Virus record (IMG/VR): IMGVR_UViG_2695420792_000006
Location: 1-19,663 of that record
DNA length: 19,663 nt
Direction: 5' to 3' (one strand)
Origin: a virus
Taxonomy: Duplodnaviria; Heunggongvirae; Uroviricota; Caudoviricetes
In this document: positions 15,773 to 19,663 of the stretch, in pieces
Layout: each line of letters begins with the position of its first letter
Position numbering within the stretch: position 1 is the first letter of the stretch
Notes under the pieces: model-generated
What the model was told of the DNA's origin: nothing
Databases searched by the model: none
The model's input: only the letters and a program-made list of their open reading frames with translations
Program-made: the position numbers and the translations under genes

Positions 15773-16830
15773 ATGAAAAATACTGTAAAAATAAACAGTG
15801 TTGATTTAATCAACGCTGATTGCCTGCATTTTATTCAGTCCCTGCCTGATGATTCCATTGACCTGATTGTTACCGATCCGCCGTACTTCAAGGTGAAACC
15901 CAACGGCTGGGACAATCAGTGGAAAGGGGACGAAGATTACCTTAAGTGGCTGGACCACTGTCTTGCGCAGTTCTGGCGGGTGCTGAAACCTGCAGGAAGT
16001 CTATACCTGTTCTGTGGGCATCGCCTGGCATCTGACACCGAAATCATGATGCGTGAGCGGTTTAACGTGCTGAACCATATCATCTGGGCAAAGCCGTCCG
16101 GACGCTGGAACGGGTGTAACAAGGAAAGCCTGCGGGCGCATTTTCCGGCCACAGAGCGCATTCTGTTCGCGGAACATTATCAGGGGCCGTATCGCCCGAA
16201 AGATGATGGCTGTGAGGCGAAGGGCAGGGCACTGAAACAGCATGTGATGGCCCCGCTGATTGCTTACTTTCGTGATGCGCGCGCTGCCCTGGGGATAACG
16301 GCAAAACAGATTGCAGATGCCACAGGAAAGAAAAACATGGTGTCGCACTGGTTCAGTGCCAGTCAGTGGCAGCTGCCGAACGAAAGCGATTATCTGAAAT
16401 TACAGGCCCTGTTTGCCCGGGTGGCAGAAGAGAAGCATCAGCGCGGTGAACTGGAATGGCCCCACCACCAGCTGGTGGATACGTATACGTCACTGAACCG
16501 GCAGTATGTGGAGCTGCAGAGTGAATATAAGCATCTGCGGCGGTATTTTGGTGTGACGGCGCAGGTGCCGTACACGGATGTGTGGACATATAAACCGGTG
16601 CAGTTCTATCCCGGGAAACATCCGTGCGAAAAACCGGCAGAAATGCTGCAGCAGATAATCAGCGCAAGCAGTCGTCCGGGTGACCTGGTTGCAGATTTTT
16701 TATGGGCTCAGGTTCAATGGTAAAAGCGGCACTGGCGCTCGGGCGTCGTGCGATTGGCGTTGAACTGGAGGCCGGACGTTTTGAGCAGACAGTCAGGGAA
16801 GTTCAGGATTTCATCGTTCGAAACGGATGA
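15773..16830 (+). pseudogene. DNA methyltransferase (N6-adenine/N4-cytosine class, DPPY motif) interrupted by a -1 frameshift in a T6 run
   Basis: Motif IV DPPY (IVTDPPYF). The reading frame stops at 16723 (ADFLWAQVQW*). Adding one T to the run at 16696-16701 would read ADFFMGSGSMVKAALALGRRAIGVELEAGRFEQTVREVQDFIVRNG*, restoring the FxGxG SAM-binding motif and ending at 16830. Confidence 0.65.
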
Positions 16831-16870
16831 GATTGCAGAATTAATTACGGACCGTTATTATCCGGCTCCC

Positions 16871-16946
16871 GGCCCTTTAGCTCAGTGGTGAGAGCGAGCG
16901 ACTCATAATCGCCAGGTCGCTGGTTCAAATCCAGCAAGGGCCACCA
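16871..16946 (+). tRNA. tRNA with CAT anticodon, Ile2 (lysidine)-type (ileZ-like); elongator Met not excluded
   Basis: Manual cloverleaf: acceptor GGCCCTT/AAGGGCC, D-arm GCTC-AGTGGTGA-GAGC, anticodon loop CTCATAA, T-loop TTCAAAT, 3' CCA encoded. Resembles E. coli ileX-type sequence as recalled. Confidence 0.8.
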
Positions 16947-17046
16947 TCACAAACCGCCATTAGCTTATCAGGAAGAGCAGACGACACCATAACAGGGTTG
17001 TTGGTGCGGGGGCGGGTCCCCGATGGCGGTCCATTATCGGTATTCT

Positions 17047-17123
17047 GCGTTGTTAGCTCAGCCGGACAGAGCAATTGCCTTCTAAGCAATCGGTCAGTGG
17101 TTCGACTCCACTACAACGCGCCA
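17047..17123 (+). tRNA. tRNA-Arg (anticodon TCT, reads AGA)
   Basis: Manual cloverleaf: acceptor GCGTTGT/ACAACGC, anticodon stem ATTGC/GCAAT, loop CTTCTAA, T-loop TTCGACT, CCA encoded. Confidence 0.8.
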
Positions 17124-17136
17124 CACTTATTTTCCA

Positions 17137-17160
17137 GGCTCGCTTCGGCGGGCCTTTTTT
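17137..17160 (+). terminator. Rho-independent terminator after the tRNA pair
   Basis: GGCTCGC-TTCG-GCGGGCC stem-loop (one G-U wobble) followed by TTTTTT. Confidence 0.6.
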
Positions 17161-17292
17161 GTATCTGCGCCACGCCCGGCGCATATCAACCACAGAGCCT
17201 TTCGGGGGTGAGCTTACGGAGTGGTCAGTGTGACTTTCTCTGTGGGCAGATCGCTCCCGGGCGTTGGCTCACCCACCCAAAGGAACGTCACG

Positions 17293-17724
17293 ATGTTTGG
17301 AATCTTCAAAAAGAAAACCCGCAGAGCGGCAGCGGAAATTAAAAAGTTTGAGAAACGCGATCTGGCACAGGCGGTGATTAACGCTGCATACCTGGTGGCC
17401 TATGCAGATGGTGAATGCGAGGCATCCGAGAAAGCGAAGATCGAACAGGTCTTACGTAATCAGCCTGCGTTGTCTGCGTTTACCTCGGAAATTAATGCGA
17501 TTAGCGCAACCATTATCGGTCAGCTGGATACGAACTTTAAAATTGGTCGTCGTGCGGCGTTACGTGAGATCGAGGATGTGAAACACGATACGCGTGAAGC
17601 GGAAGATGTGCTGGATGTGGCGGTGGCCATTGCGGAGGCAGACGGCGAAATTGAGCCGGAAGAGCGCAAGGTGCTGGAAGAGATTGCCGGTGTTCTGGGG
17701 CTTCGTCTGGAGAATCACCTGTGA
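17293..17724 (+). CDS. TerB-like (tellurite-resistance TerB family) protein
   Basis: 143 aa. ATG at 17293 with an AAGGA Shine-Dalgarno. Sequence AVINAAYLVAYADGECEASEKAKIEQVL ... DVAVAIAEADGEIEPEERKVLEEIAGVLGL matches the TerB helical repeat pattern as I recall it. Confidence 0.6.
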   Translation: MFGIFKKKTRRAAAEIKKFEKRDLAQAVINAAYLVAYADGECEASEKAKIEQVLRNQPALSAFTSEINAISATIIGQLDTNFKIGRRAALREIEDVKHDTREAEDVLDVAVAIAEADGEIEPEERKVLEEIAGVLGLRLENHL

Positions 17725-17852
17725 CGGTAAAACTGCGCCTGGCTGTGGCTGCACTCCTGCTGTTTCTGGTGGTGATGGTGGATTTCACCAGCAGAATCAT
17801 GTCGGTGCTGGCGGATGGGGGGCTGGTCTGCGGCATTGTGGTATTGCTGTAG
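17721..17852 (+). CDS. Putative small hydrophobic peptide (43 aa, GTG start) coupled to the TerB-like gene
   Basis: GTG overlaps the TerB stop (GTGA). GGAGAA Shine-Dalgarno 6 nt upstream. Translation VTVKLRLAVAALLLFLVVMVDFTSRIMSVLADGGLVCGIVVLL has two hydrophobic segments. Not in the supplied track (short, non-ATG start). Confidence 0.3.
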   Translation: MTVKLRLAVAALLLFLVVMVDFTSRIMSVLADGGLVCGIVVLL

Positions 17853-18202
17853 CCGGTGATAAAAAGAAACAGCCTGCATAATGCTTGATTTTTTTGTTTG
17901 CTGTTTATTAAAAACACTTCTGCATGGTGAATCCCCCTGTGCGGTGGGGCAATCAGCAAGAAGGAATATGGGGTAATCGCGGATTCAGGTGCTGATACTG
18001 AATTCACCGGGAGGCACCCGGCACCATGCTTTGCCACAAAATTGTTGTTTCTGTTTTTCTCAAATTATCATCATTATCCCTTTATTTCCGGCTGCGCATG
18101 GCGTGGCCTTTTTTTTACGACCAGCCACTGGCAGATGACCATCCTGTGATTTGATTCCGCTTCCGGCTTTTTAACTCTGTTCCTGTACACGGGAGAAATT
18201 CG

Positions 18203-18583
18203 ATGTCGATTAAACATTATGATGTTGTCAGGGCGGCGTCGCCGTCAGACCTTGCGGAAAAGCTGACACAAAAACTGAAGGAGGGGTGGCAGCCATTTGG
18301 CAGCCCGGTGGCCATCACGCCTTATACTCTGATGCAGGCCATTGCGGCGGAAGGTGATGTCACCACACCTGTGTTGGTGAAGCCGTCGGATGGAGAAGGC
18401 ACAGTAATCAGCGCCAGCCGGGTGTTCTCATCGGTGATAGATATGCCGGCAGGGCGGGGTCATGTCACCCTGACGTTTAATGTGTCGTCGGCCGGTGCGA
18501 ACAACTGGACGCCGACAACGTACATCAGTGATTTACTGGTTGTGGTCATGAAAAAATCCACGGCAGGGATCAGTATCAGCTGA
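18203..18583 (+). CDS. Hypothetical phage protein (N-terminus resembles small phage-associated DUF-type domains)
   Basis: 126-aa ORF with upstream GGGAGAAAT ribosome-binding region. N-terminus [33 protein letters not shown]. Followed by a strong terminator. Confidence 0.5.
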   Translation: MSIKHYDVVRAASPSDLAEKLTQKLKEGWQPFGSPVAITPYTLMQAIAAEGDVTTPVLVKPSDGEGTVISASRVFSSVIDMPAGRGHVTLTFNVSSAGANNWTPTTYISDLLVVVMKKSTAGISIS

Positions 18584-18602
18584 CGGTTTATTAACCCGGA
18601 CG

Positions 18603-18626
18603 GGCACCTCAGGAGGTGCCTTTTTT
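18603..18626 (+). terminator. Rho-independent terminator
   Basis: GGCACCTC/GAGGTGCC stem-loop followed by TTTTTT. Confidence 0.65.
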
Positions 18627-18651
18627 ATTGACTGAAAACAAAGAGGTAATC

Positions 18652-19275
18652 ATGCGGCATTTATACGCAACGATATTATTGTTTACTACCCTGCTGGCAG
18701 GAATTGCCTTTCCTGCACAGGCTGAAAGCGGACACGGTGCATTTTCCGTGGGATATGCTCAGGTTCACCCGGGCGGCGTACCGGCATTGTCCGGTACCGG
18801 TGCGCGTGCAGGTGATTTAAAAGGGATTAATGTGAAATACCGTTATGAGTTCACGGATCACCTGGGCGGCATTGTCGCGCTGAGTTATGCATCGGTGAAG
18901 AAAAGTGACACGATGAAGACGGGTGAAAATACCTTCCATTATGAAAGCCTGCGCGGTCGTTATGTCAGTCTGATGGCCGGCCCTGTCTGGCAGCTCAGTG
19001 AGCGGGTCAGTCTCTATGGCATGGCCGGGATGGCGTACACCCGCTGGTCTGACAGTGTTCAGGATTACCGGCGTGATGAAGTGAAACCGGGGTATGTGAA
19101 GGAGACCACCACCGCCAGTGATGGCCATACTGCGCGTCATCTGTCGCCGGCCTGGAATGCCGGGATTCAGTTCAGTCCCGTAGAGACGGTGGTTATTGAC
19201 CTTGCTTATGAAGGTTCCGCCAGTGGCGACTGGCGCACTGACGGCTTCATCGTGGGTATCGGCTATAAATTCTGA
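18652..19275 (+). CDS. lom: Lom/Ail/PagC/OmpX-family outer-membrane beta-barrel protein
   Basis: Signal peptide (MRHLYATILLFTTLLAGIAFPAQA). Alternating beta-strand pattern. C-terminal aromatic end (IGYKF). Position immediately upstream of stf as in lambda. ATG at 18652 preferred over the GTG inside the terminator hairpin. Confidence 0.85.
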   Translation: MRHLYATILLFTTLLAGIAFPAQAESGHGAFSVGYAQVHPGGVPALSGTGARAGDLKGINVKYRYEFTDHLGGIVALSYASVKKSDTMKTGENTFHYESLRGRYVSLMAGPVWQLSERVSLYGMAGMAYTRWSDSVQDYRRDEVKPGYVKETTTASDGHTARHLSPAWNAGIQFSPVETVVIDLAYEGSASGDWRTDGFIVGIGYKF

Positions 19276-19301
19276 TTAGCCAGGTAACACAGTGTTATGA
19301 C

Positions 19302-19329
19302 AGCCCGCCGGTTCAGGCGGGCTTTTTTG
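19302..19329 (+). terminator. Rho-independent terminator
   Basis: Perfect 8-bp stem AGCCCGCC/GGCGGGCT with 6-nt loop, followed by TTTTTT. Confidence 0.65.
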
Positions 19330-19339
19330 TGGGGTGAAT

Positions 19340-19663
19340 ATGGCAGTAAAGATTTCAGGTGTACTGAAAGACGGCACAGGAAAACCGGTAGAGAACTGTA
19401 CCATTCAACTGAAAGCCAGACGGACCAGCAGCACGGTGGTGGTGAACACGGTGGCCTCTGAAAATCCGGATGAAGCCGGTCGTTACAGCATGGACGTTGA
19501 GTACGGTCAGTACAGCGTCATTCTGTTGGTGGAAGGATTCCCGCCGTCACATGCCGGGACCATCACCGTGTATGAAGATTCTCAACCGGGGACGCTGAAT
19601 GATTTTCTCGGTGCCATGTCGGAGGATGACGTCCGGCCGGAGGCACTGCGCCGTTTTGAACTG
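19340..19663 (+). CDS. stf: Side tail fibre protein Stf, N-terminal part (continues beyond the window)
   Basis: MAVKISGVLKDGTGKPVENCTIQLKA...VASENPDEAGRYSMDVEYGQYSVIL...FPPSHAGTITVYEDSQPGTLNDFL closely matches the lambda Stf N-terminus as recalled. Confidence 0.8.
   Translation, partial: MAVKISGVLKDGTGKPVENCTIQLKARRTSSTVVVNTVASENPDEAGRYSMDVEYGQYSVILLVEGFPPSHAGTITVYEDSQPGTLNDFLGAMSEDDVRPEALRRFEL

Noticed and set aside
16947-17046. A third tRNA between the two called tRNAs
   Set aside because: No acceptor-stem, anticodon-arm or T-loop (TTCRANT) arrangement could be folded in this 100-bp spacer.
14507-18037. Other track ORFs overlapping called genes (14507..14920, 15937..16589, 17537..18037, 17594..17881)
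   Set aside because: These are shadow frames of the 289-aa cassette gene, the methyltransferase and the TerB-like gene, with proline, arginine or serine-rich low-complexity translations.
17124-18202. Shiga-toxin (stx) genes downstream of the ileZ/arg-type tRNAs
   Set aside because: The tRNA context resembles Stx phages, but the ORFs here are a TerB-like protein and small ORFs. No AB5 toxin-like A or B subunit with a signal peptide is present.
1-19663. CRISPR arrays, insertion sequences or transposases
   Set aside because: No regularly spaced direct repeats with unique spacers, and no transposase-like ORF or terminal inverted repeats were seen. The only repeats are the iteron-like array and the operator motifs.

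Overview
The window lies inside a defective (cryptic) lambdoid prophage of an enterobacterial, E. coli-like genome. From left to right it holds: a tyrosine integrase and excisionase-like gene (minus strand); a leftward early operon of small accessory genes, including an SPFH/band-7 lipoprotein with a small membrane partner; an immunity region with a cI-like HTH + S24-peptidase repressor, divergent promoters and a Cro/YdaS-like gene; two Rha-family regulators; a replication module (initiator with internal iteron-like repeats, DnaC-like loader, DnaB-like helicase); a DUF968/HNH-like protein; and a Q-type antiterminator. Where lysis and morphogenesis genes would normally follow Q there is only cargo: an AT-rich three-gene antisense cassette encoding one soluble and two small membrane proteins (my top candidate for an undescribed defence or exclusion module), a DPPY-motif DNA methyltransferase interrupted by a frameshift in a T6 run, two phage-type tRNAs (Ile2-CAU-like and Arg-UCU), a TerB-like protein and a Lom/Ail outer-membrane protein. 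The window ends in the 5' part of a lambda Stf-like side tail fibre gene. All calls rest on reading the sequence and recalled family signatures; no database search was run.
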